Source: Candidatus Baldrarchaeota archaeon (GTDB lineage Archaea; Asgardarchaeota; Baldrarchaeia; Baldrarchaeales; DXJG01). Taken from it: a DNA stretch of 32,000 nt. Below the pieces are notes generated by a model. The model was not told where the DNA came from, did no database searches, and saw nothing but the letters and a program-made list of their open reading frames with translations. The stretch is taken from NCBI GenBank assembly GCA_019056805.1, contig DXJG01000004.1, forward strand, positions 60,001 through 92,000, written 5' to 3'. The position numbers and the translations under genes are program-made. Positions 8,514 through 17,971 of this stretch are shown in pieces. The number at the start of each line of letters is the position of its first letter. The stretch's first letter is position 1.

Positions 8514-9095
8514 CTAAACATATTTCCTAGTGTGTAAATTCAATTTTATAGCAAGCTTCTTCCTACAATCTGGACAATAATGTGAAGCAAGCTCTACATC
8601 ATGTAAAATTTGTTCCTTCAAAGCAGAGTCTTCAAGTTTTTCCTTAATTCTATCAATAATCGCCCCAACTTGCTTATCTGGCATAAAATAAGTGCCACAA
8701 TTTTCACATTTTCTTAGATCAATGGTAATAGTAGAAACAACACTATCAACTTTATCGGTTACCAAATTCCAATTTTGAGAAAGCTTAATTGCTTCGTCCT
8801 GCGGGCATATCAATTGACATCTCCCACAGTAAATACACCTACTAAGATATACTGTTAAAACTCTCTTTCCATCCTCATCTACATATTTGATTGCAGAAGC
8901 CGAACACTGCATACTACATGCTACACATCCCATACATTTCTCTTCATCGTACTCAGGTTGTCCTCGAAAGATTGGTGCAACAAAGGCGGGAGGGCCGAAG
9001 GGAAAATCAACTGTTACACATTTTTTAAGTCCAGTTAATGAAACTTTCAAGAGTTTACGTAATGCTCCAACTCTTCTTTCCTTCATTTTGATCAT
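8514..9095 (-). CDS. HycF/NuoI-like 2x[4Fe-4S] subunit with an extra CxxC...CxxC site
   Basis: FRGQP, CMGCVACSMQC, CIYCGRCQLICP, plus CENC and CPDC; ATGA overlap with the NuoH-like gene. Confidence 0.88.
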   Translation of the reverse strand: MIKMKERRVGALRKLLKVSLTGLKKCVTVDFPFGPPAFVAPIFRGQPEYDEEKCMGCVACSMQCSASAIKYVDEDGKRVLTVYLSRCIYCGRCQLICPQDEAIKLSQNWNLVTDKVDSVVSTITIDLRKCENCGTYFMPDKQVGAIIDRIKEKLEDSALKEQILHDVELASHYCPDCRKKLAIKLNLHTRKYV

Positions 9096-10117
9096 CTACC
9101 TATAATTTGTGCAAATGGTATATCAAACCAAGGCATATAAATTAGATAGGCCCAGATTATAGCTAGAATCGAAAACACAAGAGGATACTTAATAAACCAA
9201 GCAAAGGCGTCACTAGGTCTGTATCTCGGCATGAGAACACATATCAACGCCCATATAAAAACTAGAATAAACGTTACCACAATGAAATAAATTATTGTTA
9301 ACCAAGTGAAACTAGTTAATGCTCCTCCTAGCAGGAAGTCTATTATTAACGTAGAAATCAGGAAGAATTTAATGTACCCTTCGATTTTAAACAATCCAAG
9401 AAGTCGTCCACTGTATTCAGCAAGTGGACCGTACACTATCTCATGTTCCGCTTCAACGATATCAAAAGGCTTTACATGCAATTTCCCCAACACTGATAGA
9501 AACAATGCAATTGCAGCAAACGGATTAAGAAACAAAAACCATGCGGGAAGATTTACACCAAAAACATTCAATGTATGTGTCATTTGATAGTTCACTATTT
9601 CCTGTACACTTAAAGTTGCATGCTCGACATGTCCAGCCATCAAAGCAATACTCAGCAAACTCAGTATAAAGGGGACTTCGTACGCTATTAGTAAAAGAAT
9701 TTCTCTCTTACTACCAACAACACCATAAGGAGAACCACTAGAGGCCCCTGCAATCACATAGGCAACTGGAGGACCGTATAAGAGATAAATCAAAAGCAAT
9801 ACGCCAATACTATAGTGTGATAGAGGTGAAAAACCAGCAACCGGAACAAGCCAGATCGCAGCTATAGTACATGCCAGAGCAAAGAATGGTGCAAAATAGA
9901 AGAGTTTTTTCTTTGCAGAAGCTGGTATTTTTGGTTTTTTGCTAAGAAGCTTTAAAACATCAGCAAAAACCTGGTACCATCGCGCGGGAAAATACGGGCC
10001 TCTTCTCATTTGCATTCTAGCATATAGTTTCCTAAACTCGTAGAAGAATAAACAACCTAGTACGAATGCCGCTATAGGTATTAATACAAACTCCAGTATT
10101 GTCCAAATACTCCACAT
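9092..10117 (-). CDS. NuoH/HycD-like membrane subunit of the hydrogenase
   Basis: RKLYARMQMRRGP, ADVLKLLSK, SPYGVVGSKRE, KPFDIVEAEHEIVYGPLAEYSG, PRYR; multiple transmembrane segments. Confidence 0.92.
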   Translation of the reverse strand: MWSIWTILEFVLIPIAAFVLGCLFFYEFRKLYARMQMRRGPYFPARWYQVFADVLKLLSKKPKIPASAKKKLFYFAPFFALACTIAAIWLVPVAGFSPLSHYSIGVLLLIYLLYGPPVAYVIAGASSGSPYGVVGSKREILLLIAYEVPFILSLLSIALMAGHVEHATLSVQEIVNYQMTHTLNVFGVNLPAWFLFLNPFAAIALFLSVLGKLHVKPFDIVEAEHEIVYGPLAEYSGRLLGLFKIEGYIKFFLISTLIIDFLLGGALTSFTWLTIIYFIVVTFILVFIWALICVLMPRYRPSDAFAWFIKYPLVFSILAIIWAYLIYMPWFDIPFAQIIGR

Positions 10118-10163
10118 TTTCTTCCTCTCCTCTCAATGTAGTATATTTTAAGACTACTCACCT

Positions 10164-10481
10164 TTAGTTCTCTTCAGGTTTTTTCCTTGGACTTAACAGT
10201 TCTTCATCACTTATGTAGGGTGGGGCAGCATATCCCCCAGTGAAAATATCTTCTGCACGAACTCTCTTAGGGAATAAAACCGGGATAGCAAGATAAGAAA
10301 CCACTACAACGATCGAGACAATTAAAATTTCAATGAAAATTTCTTCGTACAAGAAGAATTCACCATAATAAAACCTATGTAGGAAAATTCCTAGTAGCCC
10401 GACTATAACCAAAATTGCTGTAACAATAAGGAGAGACTTTCCCAACTCTCTTGACTTAGGATGGGTATCGTTTTTCGTCAT
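10164..10481 (-). CDS. Small two-transmembrane membrane subunit (NuoA/MbhI-like), first gene of the hydrogenase operon
   Basis: Two hydrophobic helices followed by IFTGG, reminiscent of the NuoA/MbhI loop; GGTGA upstream of the ATG. Confidence 0.55.
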   Translation of the reverse strand: MTKNDTHPKSRELGKSLLIVTAILVIVGLLGIFLHRFYYGEFFLYEEIFIEILIVSIVVVVSYLAIPVLFPKRVRAEDIFTGGYAAPPYISDEELLSPRKKPEEN

Positions 10482-10544
10482 CAGAATTTCACCAGCATTT
10501 AGCCCTTAATCTAGTATAACTGTCCTCTATAAGTCAGAAATTCA

Positions 10545-10558
10545 TATATAAATTTTTT
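10545..10558 (-). promoter_or_regulatory. Putative TATA/BRE promoter of the hydrogenase-HdrB operon
   Basis: Minus-strand AAAAAATTTATATA about 65 nt upstream of ATG 10481. Confidence 0.5.
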
Positions 10559-10815
10559 AATCCAAAGAGGTAGCTACACGAAAACTATATTTACTGATTA
10601 ATAGTGTTTTATTGAAGTTTGTAAATCGAAAAGAATGACGAATTTCAATAATATAAACCTACGATATGCAGCAAAAATTTCGTATATCAAGCATAAGAAT
10701 ATGCAAAATGTACTAAATAAATAGCAAGAATGCGCCGCAACCATACCCAAAAAATCCAAAATCGGATTCCGCAAAAAATACGTTTGCAAAATAAATCTTT
10801 AGATCTACTTTCATC

Positions 10816-11322
10816 TTACAAATTTTTTCTTCCATAATTTTCGTAGTAAACAATGTCTTCTAATGCTTTTCTTGACGGAGGTATCGGTATTTTTTCTGGA
10901 TATCCTAATGGTATTACTGTTAGTAAATGAAGACTCTCTGGGACCCCCAATATTTTTTTCGCTTCTTCTCTATCCATTGTTCCTATCCAACACGTTCCAA
11001 GCCCTAACTCCCAAGCTGCAAGCATCAAATTTTGAACCGCGCACGCACCATCAATAAGATGGGCATAGGATTTCTGCGGATCAGTTACAACAGCAATCAC
11101 CACAGGGGCATCAGCTATAAACCAACCATACCTAGCAAGCTTAGCCAACTTACCCTTAGTCTCCTCATCCCTTATAATGATAAACTCCCATGGCTGACTA
11201 TTCTTACTACTCGGAGCCCAGCGTGCAGCATCCAAAACCTTCAACACCAAATCCTTTGGAACATCTTTCTTCAAAAATTTCCTTATTGATCTCCTTTTCT
11301 TAATAACCTCAATAATAGACAT
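10816..11322 (-). CDS. Nitroreductase family FMN-binding protein
   Basis: KKRRSIRKF, ARWAPSSKNSQPWEF, AVQNLMLAAWELGLGTCW, IPLGYP; start moved to ATG 11322. Confidence 0.92.
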   Translation of the reverse strand: MSIIEVIKKRRSIRKFLKKDVPKDLVLKVLDAARWAPSSKNSQPWEFIIIRDEETKGKLAKLARYGWFIADAPVVIAVVTDPQKSYAHLIDGACAVQNLMLAAWELGLGTCWIGTMDREEAKKILGVPESLHLLTVIPLGYPEKIPIPPSRKALEDIVYYENYGRKNL

Positions 11323-11360
11323 GACATATCCCTCAAATACGATTAAATTGCTTAAATGCG

Positions 11361-12362
11361 TCAAATATTTAGGGAAACTAGTTTGTCTTTATACACGAAA
11401 ATAGCTGGTATTCCACCTGTATGAATGAAAATCACATTATCATCTTTTTCAAAGTATCCCTCTTTTATCATACTTATTAGTCCCGTCATAGCCTTCCCTG
11501 TATAAACAGGATCCAGCAATATTCCCTCAGTTTGCGCCACGATCTTAATAGTTTCCTTTATTTCTTGAGTGAGAATTCCATAACCTTCACCAACATAATC
11601 ATATAAGATCTCTACGTCACTTGGACTAAATGAGACATTTAAATCCAGTATTCTAGCACATTCTTTTGCTAAATTGAGTGTAGTTTTTACTAGCTGATGG
11701 TTATCTGGCTCAACACTAATACCTATAACCCTAGTTTTTACATTGAAAGCCTTACTTCCAACTAATAGCCCAGCTTGAGTAGCACCAGAGCCTGCTGCAT
11801 GAACTATATAATCGATTTTAACACCCAAACTTTCAGCTTGATCAATTAACTCTTGGAAAGCATTAACATATCCAACTGCACCTAATGGAGAAGAGGGCGG
11901 TGCATAATATGGATTATATCCTTTTTCCCTGAATTCTTCCATAATATCCTTTAAAATAGATTTCATTTCATGTTGTTTTGCTTGAACAAAACGTATTTCC
12001 GCCCCAAATAACTTGTCTATAAGCAGATTTCCATCATAACTTTGCGGTTTCTCACCACGCAAAACAAGAACAGCCTTAACACCTAATTTTCTTGCAACAA
12101 TTGCTACCGTACGAGCATGATTTGACTGTAGCGATCCTGGTGCAACTATCACATCAGCTCCCTTTTCTAAAGCATCTGCCATAACAAATTCCAATTTACA
12201 CGCCTTATTACCGCCAAAAACCGGTCCCGTTAAGTCATCTCGCTTGATAAACATCCTTGGCCCATTCAAAGCTTTAGAAAGACGGTTCATTTCTTCAAAC
12301 GGGGTCGGTAAATTTGCTAGTTTTACTCTTGGCAAATTATTTATTTTAGCCTTTAAATTCAT
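11361..12362 (-). CDS. dcyD: D-cysteine desulfhydrase-like PLP enzyme (ACC deaminase/DcyD family)
   Basis: KRDD...GGNK, QSNH, LLDPVYTGKA and HTGG; Thr at both positions where ACC deaminases carry Glu and Leu. Confidence 0.8.
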   Translation of the reverse strand: MNLKAKINNLPRVKLANLPTPFEEMNRLSKALNGPRMFIKRDDLTGPVFGGNKACKLEFVMADALEKGADVIVAPGSLQSNHARTVAIVARKLGVKAVLVLRGEKPQSYDGNLLIDKLFGAEIRFVQAKQHEMKSILKDIMEEFREKGYNPYYAPPSSPLGAVGYVNAFQELIDQAESLGVKIDYIVHAAGSGATQAGLLVGSKAFNVKTRVIGISVEPDNHQLVKTTLNLAKECARILDLNVSFSPSDVEILYDYVGEGYGILTQEIKETIKIVAQTEGILLDPVYTGKAMTGLISMIKEGYFEKDDNVIFIHTGGIPAIFVYKDKLVSLNI

Positions 12363-12471
12363 TCTTCCTCCACCCTCTCTTCTTTATCTTCTCTCTTCTC
12401 TTTGAAAAAGTTCTTAAATCAAATATACTAACATTTTTAAAATCATCTGTATTTAAAGCTTATTAATTATA

Positions 12472-13575
12472 ATGGCCAATAACGACTCCAAAGAGTACGA
12501 TGGGTATGGAGAGGATAAAGCGATGAGGAATTTTTTTGCGGAAAAGTTGGAAAAAGCTGAATTAGGTTTAACATTCGATGATGTTTTAGTTAAACCATCT
12601 TATTCTGAAGTTCTCCCCTCAAATATTGATACTTCGACCAAAATTAGTGTAAATATAAAACTAGATATCCCACTTGTTAGTTCCCCAATGGACACGGTTA
12701 CTGAAGCTGAAATGGCAATAGCTCTTGCAAAACAAGGAGGAATAGGCATAATACATAGAAATCTAAGCATCGAGAAAGGGGCAGATGAAGTGAGAAAAGT
12801 AAAAGAAAAGGGATTAAAAGTTGGTGCTGCCGTCGGCGTTTTTGATCAAAAAAGAGTTGAAGCTTTAGTGGATGCAGGAGTGGATTTAATAGTAATAGAT
12901 ACAGCTCATGGTCACAGTAAAGATGTTATTGAAAGTTTAAAACTTTACAAAAAAATGTACGAAGTAGATATTATGGCTGGAAACATAGCTACCAAAGAAG
13001 GTGCAATATCTTTAATCGAAAACGGAGCTGACAGTTTAAGGGTTGGAATCGGTCCAGGTTCTGCATGCATTACAAGAAAAGTGAGTGGAATTGGAGTTCC
13101 TCAACTTTATGCAATAGCATCTGTTGCAGACGTTGCAAATGAATACAATATCCCAGTCGTAGCGGATGGAGGAATAAGAGGTTCTGGAGACATTGTTAAA
13201 GCCATAGTTGCAGGTGCAGACTGTGTAATGATAGGGAACCTGTTTGCCGGGACAGACGAAGCACCAGGAGAAATAATCATCAGAGAAGGGAAGAAGTTTA
13301 AGAAATATAGAGGCATGGGTAGCGAAGAAGTTGTAAAGAAGCTTGACAGATATGCAAAACTTGTTCCGGAAGGCGTAGTAGGCTTAGTTCCATACAAGGG
13401 GAAAGTTGAAGATATTATACGCAAATTAGTAGGTGGATTGAAAACTGGGATGGGATATGTTGGAGCAAAAAACATAAAGGAACTAAAATTGAAGGGAAGT
13501 TTCATAAGAGTTTCCCCTCTCGGAGAAAGGGAAAACCAGCCTAGAAACATTTTTATTGATAAAACTTTTCCATGA
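12472..13575 (+). CDS. guaB: IMP dehydrogenase lacking the CBS (Bateman) domains
   Basis: [27 protein letters not shown] (catalytic Cys), VADGGI, YRGMGS, flap DRY dyad, VPEGV; HRN joins almost directly to VGAAVG. Confidence 0.88.
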   Translation: MANNDSKEYDGYGEDKAMRNFFAEKLEKAELGLTFDDVLVKPSYSEVLPSNIDTSTKISVNIKLDIPLVSSPMDTVTEAEMAIALAKQGGIGIIHRNLSIEKGADEVRKVKEKGLKVGAAVGVFDQKRVEALVDAGVDLIVIDTAHGHSKDVIESLKLYKKMYEVDIMAGNIATKEGAISLIENGADSLRVGIGPGSACITRKVSGIGVPQLYAIASVADVANEYNIPVVADGGIRGSGDIVKAIVAGADCVMIGNLFAGTDEAPGEIIIREGKKFKKYRGMGSEEVVKKLDRYAKLVPEGVVGLVPYKGKVEDIIRKLVGGLKTGMGYVGAKNIKELKLKGSFIRVSPLGERENQPRNIFIDKTFP

Positions 13576-13645
13576 AACCTTTTTAATCTATAATTTCCTG
13601 GAGAATCGTATAACATTACTAGCAGGTTATGCAGTATTTTGAATA

Positions 13646-13942
13646 TTAGGTATAAGCTAAAAGTTCTTCTTTACCGATTTTTCTTTTCTTTTTCTTTGAG
13701 TTTTCCCAGTCGTTATATATCTTAATTAGCGATTCCACGTATTCTTTTAATTTTTTAGTTCTATCCGCATCTTTTAGTGTTTCTTTTAATTTTGATTCTA
13801 AATCTTGGCACATGTTTGCTGATCCAACTAGACCGTACATATTTACTAAATTTCTAAGGATAAAACCCTTAATTTCATCGCTATTTGCTTTTTCAGCTAG
13901 TTTCAATTGGTTCAAAAGCCATTCAATAACTTGAATACTCAT
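13646..13942 (-). CDS. Hypothetical helical protein, 98 aa
   Basis: ATG start with GGTGA upstream; no family motif recognised. Confidence 0.6.
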   Translation of the reverse strand: MSIQVIEWLLNQLKLAEKANSDEIKGFILRNLVNMYGLVGSANMCQDLESKLKETLKDADRTKKLKEYVESLIKIYNDWENSKKKKRKIGKEELLAYT

Positions 13943-14112
13943 AATATCACCGCAGAACCAACTTACCTAATTATATTACTTCTTAAGGTATTTAAATTTA
14001 ATAGACCGATAAAACTAGTAAAGCTTAATATAAACGCGCCAAAATAAAATTCTCGAAAAATAGATATATTGTTTTATAAAATATGATAAATAAAAGAGAA
14101 TGTGTGTAAATT

Positions 14113-15705
14113 TTAGTCTGCGAGTATTCTTTCAATTTCCTCTTCTGCAAGTTCGTCGATCGTTGGAATACCAGTAACTCTTCTTGCTCTCTCTGTTAAG
14201 GATGCTAGGTCTTTTCTGTCTAGTAGTTCAAGTTTCCATTTTCTGACTCCAGCCATTAATTGTTGGAGTCCTACGCCGATTCTGTCTACGAAGTAGGTGT
14301 ACAGTCCAATGGCGCCCACAGGTAGTTTCTTGTAGTCTTCACCGAATCTCTTCTTTAATTCTGGGACGGTTACGAAGAATTTCTCAGGATTGTCGCCATA
14401 AAGGCTTGCAAATGTCTTTGGAAGTTTTCCTTTTTCAGCTAGCTCAGCGAAGTAGCTAGCTTTCATTACCGCCGTTATTGGTGCTCTAGCCATTGCAACA
14501 GCTTTTACATAGGGTCCATCACCAAAGTTACTCATTGCGATGGCCTTGAATATTTGAGTCTCGTTTATGAAGCCACCAGCCATGGCTATGTCAGGTATGT
14601 GTTTACCTTTCTTCTTTAGAATTTCGAGACACTTTAACACTTGTGCTTCTAGGTAGACTGTTGGAGTTGCACATTCATCCATCATTGGTACTGGGCTCAT
14701 TCCAGTTCCACCGCCTGCACCATCGAAGGTCACTAGGTCTATCTTTGCTTCTGAAGCAACTTTTAAGGTCCATGCAACTACTTCAGGCCTGTATGCGCCA
14801 GTCTTTAAGAATACTTTCTTTGCACCTTGTTCTCTTAGCCATGCTATGTCTTCAACGAAGTCTTTTAGATTAGGCATGCCTACTCTGCTGTGTCTTTCAA
14901 AGGTTCTGATGATTCCTTCTTTGAAGGCTTCTTGTACTACAGGGTCTTCTGGGTCTGGAATTACAACATATCCACGTTTCTTAAGCATAATTGCCTTGTT
15001 CAGATCACTGATTCTAACTTCTCCACCGATAGCTTTAGCACCTTGTCCCCATTTTCTTTCAATTACATTTACTTCTAGTTTTGAAATTGCATAAACATCT
15101 ACACCGAGTCTCTGGTCTTCTACGTTTGTTTGTACTACTATTTCTCCGTATTTCCCGTCCCACCATTCCTTGAAAGTCTTTACTCTGTATTCTAGGTCTT
15201 TTGAATATGTGACTTTTCCATTGGTAATTTGTGCTTCAGGATCCATTCCACAGACATTTTCTCCGATAACTTGGATTGTTCCTGAGATTGCTGCGCCTAC
15301 TGCTAGTCCGTCCCAGTTTTTCTTTGCTACGTATGTTGAACCTAAAGCTGCAATGAAAACAGGTACTTTAAGAGGTACTCCTCCGACACTTGTCTCTATT
15401 TGAACATTTGGGAAAATAGCAACATCGGGATCAGCTTCGATTCCCTTTGCTCCTCTTACTTCAACCATTATTTGTAAGTGCGACCAGTCTAGGCCAAAGT
15501 CTTTGTTTGCAGCGGCTGTACTGTCACCGAAGTATTCTGGATCTGGGTAGAGAACTTCTCTCCCTCTAAAAGCAGATTTTGAGATCTCACAAAGAACCGG
15601 ACATTCCTTTATACATATTGGGCACATTCCACTGAGGGGAGAAACGTCGGATACTCTGGTTCTAGTATTAGTTGTCGATTTTGCATTTAGCCAGCTTTTT
15701 GTCAT
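14113..15705 (-). CDS. Stand-alone FMN-binding glutamate synthase family protein
   Basis: N-terminal CPICIKECPVLC cluster, KWGQGAKAIGGE, LKTG, DGAGGGTG, AMAGG, MAR; start taken at ATG 15705 (ORF track begins at GTG 15714). Confidence 0.85.
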   Translation of the reverse strand: MTKSWLNAKSTTNTRTRVSDVSPLSGMCPICIKECPVLCEISKSAFRGREVLYPDPEYFGDSTAAANKDFGLDWSHLQIMVEVRGAKGIEADPDVAIFPNVQIETSVGGVPLKVPVFIAALGSTYVAKKNWDGLAVGAAISGTIQVIGENVCGMDPEAQITNGKVTYSKDLEYRVKTFKEWWDGKYGEIVVQTNVEDQRLGVDVYAISKLEVNVIERKWGQGAKAIGGEVRISDLNKAIMLKKRGYVVIPDPEDPVVQEAFKEGIIRTFERHSRVGMPNLKDFVEDIAWLREQGAKKVFLKTGAYRPEVVAWTLKVASEAKIDLVTFDGAGGGTGMSPVPMMDECATPTVYLEAQVLKCLEILKKKGKHIPDIAMAGGFINETQIFKAIAMSNFGDGPYVKAVAMARAPITAVMKASYFAELAEKGKLPKTFASLYGDNPEKFFVTVPELKKRFGEDYKKLPVGAIGLYTYFVDRIGVGLQQLMAGVRKWKLELLDRKDLASLTERARRVTGIPTIDELAEEEIERILAD

Positions 15706-16272
15706 AGTTAACACCCATGTTGAAAAACTTATAGATGGTATATATTAAAATTTCTGTAAATATATTTCAAGAATAATCTATTTATTTTTCAATTATATTG
15801 TGGATTTTGACAAACACCAAATTATACTATGTAAAATTTAAATACCAAAAACTATACAAACTCAACAGCTTCTCTTTCCCTCCCCCAATTCAACCAACAA
15901 AAAAACATAAAACAACAAGTTAAAACATATAAAAACTCAAAACATAAATCATGTGAAATCTATAGAATGATTATTTTTATGGAAATTTTCGAAGCAATTT
16001 TAACGCTATTGTTTCCCAAAGTTCAAACCCTAATCAAGAAATATAACCATAAAACACTTTATTAAAGAACTAAGAGACACCCGATACCAAAATGTTGGAA
16101 AGAGGAAAGCACGAAAACATTCTGCGAGTTAGAGGTGCTATGGTCATCGACAAAGGAAAATTATTGCCTGCAAACCAGAAATAAACCACTAAACATCGTT
16201 TCTATATGCTAAGTTTTTAATGAAACAAAATAATTTAAGGACTTCTACATCAATTTGTTTGGGGAGATTTAG

Positions 16273-17436
16273 ATGAGCATTGAACCTCTGACAAAAGTTG
16301 ACGAAAAATATATTGTTGAGACGTTAAAAAATTTGATTAAAACGAAACCTGTGAACCCTCCAGGACAAGAGGAAGAAGCTGCTCTTGTAATTAAAGAAGA
16401 ACTTGAAAAACTAGGAGCAAAAACAACTTTAGACTACGTAAAGCCGAAAAGACCAAACATAACAGGGACATTCGAAGGCGAAGAGCGAAAAGGAAAAGTC
16501 CTATTGTTTAACGGGCATACAGATGTCGTTCCACCTGGACCAAACTGGACCATAGATCCTTTTGCAGGAATAGTAAAAAACAGTAGAGTTTATGGCCGTG
16601 GAGCTGTAGATATGCTTGGCGGTCTCGCAGCAATGCTAGGTGCAATTAAAGCTGTTGTTGACAGTGGATATGAATTTAAAGGCAAACTTCTGTATACTGC
16701 TGTTATAGCTGAAGAAACTGGAGGAGACGGAGCAATAAAACTAGTTAAAGATGGAATTAAAGCTGACTACGCTTTTGTTAGCGAGCCAAGCGACCTCGAA
16801 GTAGTTATTGCTGAAAGAGGATTAATCTGGTTCAAAATAAAATGCATAGGGAAAGCGGCACATGCATCTATGCCACACCTCGGAATAAATGCGATAGAAA
16901 TCCTTGCAAAAGCACTTCTAGCTATAAAAGATATTAGGTATGATTATGAACCTCATGAACTCTTAGGTTATCATACATTTAATATAGGACTTATTAAAGG
17001 CGGAGTAAAAACAAACGTTGTTGCTCCAGACTGTGAAGCAACCATAGATATAAGAACAATTCCCACCTTATCCTTTGAAACAATAGAAGAAAGAATTAGA
17101 GAGACCCTGAATATCTTTGAGAAAAATTACGGTGTAAAATTCGAGGTTCAGGTTATTGAAAAAGCAGAACCCTTTGAAGTCAGTAAGGATTCGGAAATCG
17201 TAAAACTGACGTGTGAAGCATTTAAAGAAGCATTAAACATGGAACCAAAATTTGGAGGCATGCCTGGAGCAACTGACGGAAGATTTTTCATCAAAGTAGG
17301 AATACCAACAATTATACTTGGTCCTGAGCCACATTTTAATGCTCATAAAGCAGACGAATATGTTGAAATAGAAAGCTTAGTCAAACTAGCAAAAATCTAC
17401 ACCCAAATAATACTAAAAACACTTATCAAACAATAA
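16273..17436 (+). CDS. M20 family metallo-amidohydrolase (ArgE/DapE-like)
   Basis: FNGHTDVVP, GRGAVDMLGG, AEE, EPS, GKAAHAS, ATDGR, AHKADEYV. Confidence 0.9.
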   Translation: MSIEPLTKVDEKYIVETLKNLIKTKPVNPPGQEEEAALVIKEELEKLGAKTTLDYVKPKRPNITGTFEGEERKGKVLLFNGHTDVVPPGPNWTIDPFAGIVKNSRVYGRGAVDMLGGLAAMLGAIKAVVDSGYEFKGKLLYTAVIAEETGGDGAIKLVKDGIKADYAFVSEPSDLEVVIAERGLIWFKIKCIGKAAHASMPHLGINAIEILAKALLAIKDIRYDYEPHELLGYHTFNIGLIKGGVKTNVVAPDCEATIDIRTIPTLSFETIEERIRETLNIFEKNYGVKFEVQVIEKAEPFEVSKDSEIVKLTCEAFKEALNMEPKFGGMPGATDGRFFIKVGIPTIILGPEPHFNAHKADEYVEIESLVKLAKIYTQIILKTLIKQ

Positions 17437-17506
17437 AATCTCACATTTTTCTTCAAAATTTTTATATATTTATTTTTCCGATTATTTAAAGGGAGAGGTG
17501 TTCTAA

Positions 17507-17941
17507 ATGGAATTTTGTTCAGAAGAATATTTGCAAGAAGTTATGAAAAGAACTAATTCTGACGAAGAATACCTAAAACTCGCTAAAGGAGACTATACTT
17601 CTTATACATTCATAATTGAACCAGAACCAGAGAAAGGTGTTAATAAACGGCTTGTTATGGGCTACACCGTTGAAGACGGAAAATTCACCAGCATATGGTC
17701 TGGCGAAAAACCCACCGAGTTTGTCATCTCAGGGAAATATGGAGTTTGGGTTGATATACTAAGAGGTAAACTCGGTGTCACCAGAGCTTTCCTAACAAGA
17801 AAACTAAAAGTTAAGGGCAATTTAATGAAACTATTAAAAATGACAAAATCAACCAATAGATGGCTAGAAATCTTAAGAACCATACCAACAGAATTCCACG
17901 GAGAATATGCACAATATAATATTAAGGGCGAAGAAAAATAG
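17507..17941 (+). CDS. SCP2 sterol/lipid-carrier domain protein
   Basis: WVDILRGKLGVTRAFLTRKLKVKGNLMKLL, the SCP2 C-terminal signature. Confidence 0.8.
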   Translation: MEFCSEEYLQEVMKRTNSDEEYLKLAKGDYTSYTFIIEPEPEKGVNKRLVMGYTVEDGKFTSIWSGEKPTEFVISGKYGVWVDILRGKLGVTRAFLTRKLKVKGNLMKLLKMTKSTNRWLEILRTIPTEFHGEYAQYNIKGEEK

Positions 17942-17971
17942 CAATCAAAATTTAACAAGGATGTAGACCCC

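Noticed and set aside
10598-10789. 63-aa minus-strand ORF between the nitroreductase and the hydrogenase promoter
   Set aside because: Non-ATG start, no RBS, no recognisable features; probably spurious
16092-16184. 30-codon ORF MLERGKHENILRVRGAMVIDKGKLLPANQK, vaguely like a Nudix or amidohydrolase first strand; also a 32-codon ORF from 15967
   Set aside because: Too short, no clear RBS and no continuation in adjacent frames; cannot be supported as a gene or pseudogene
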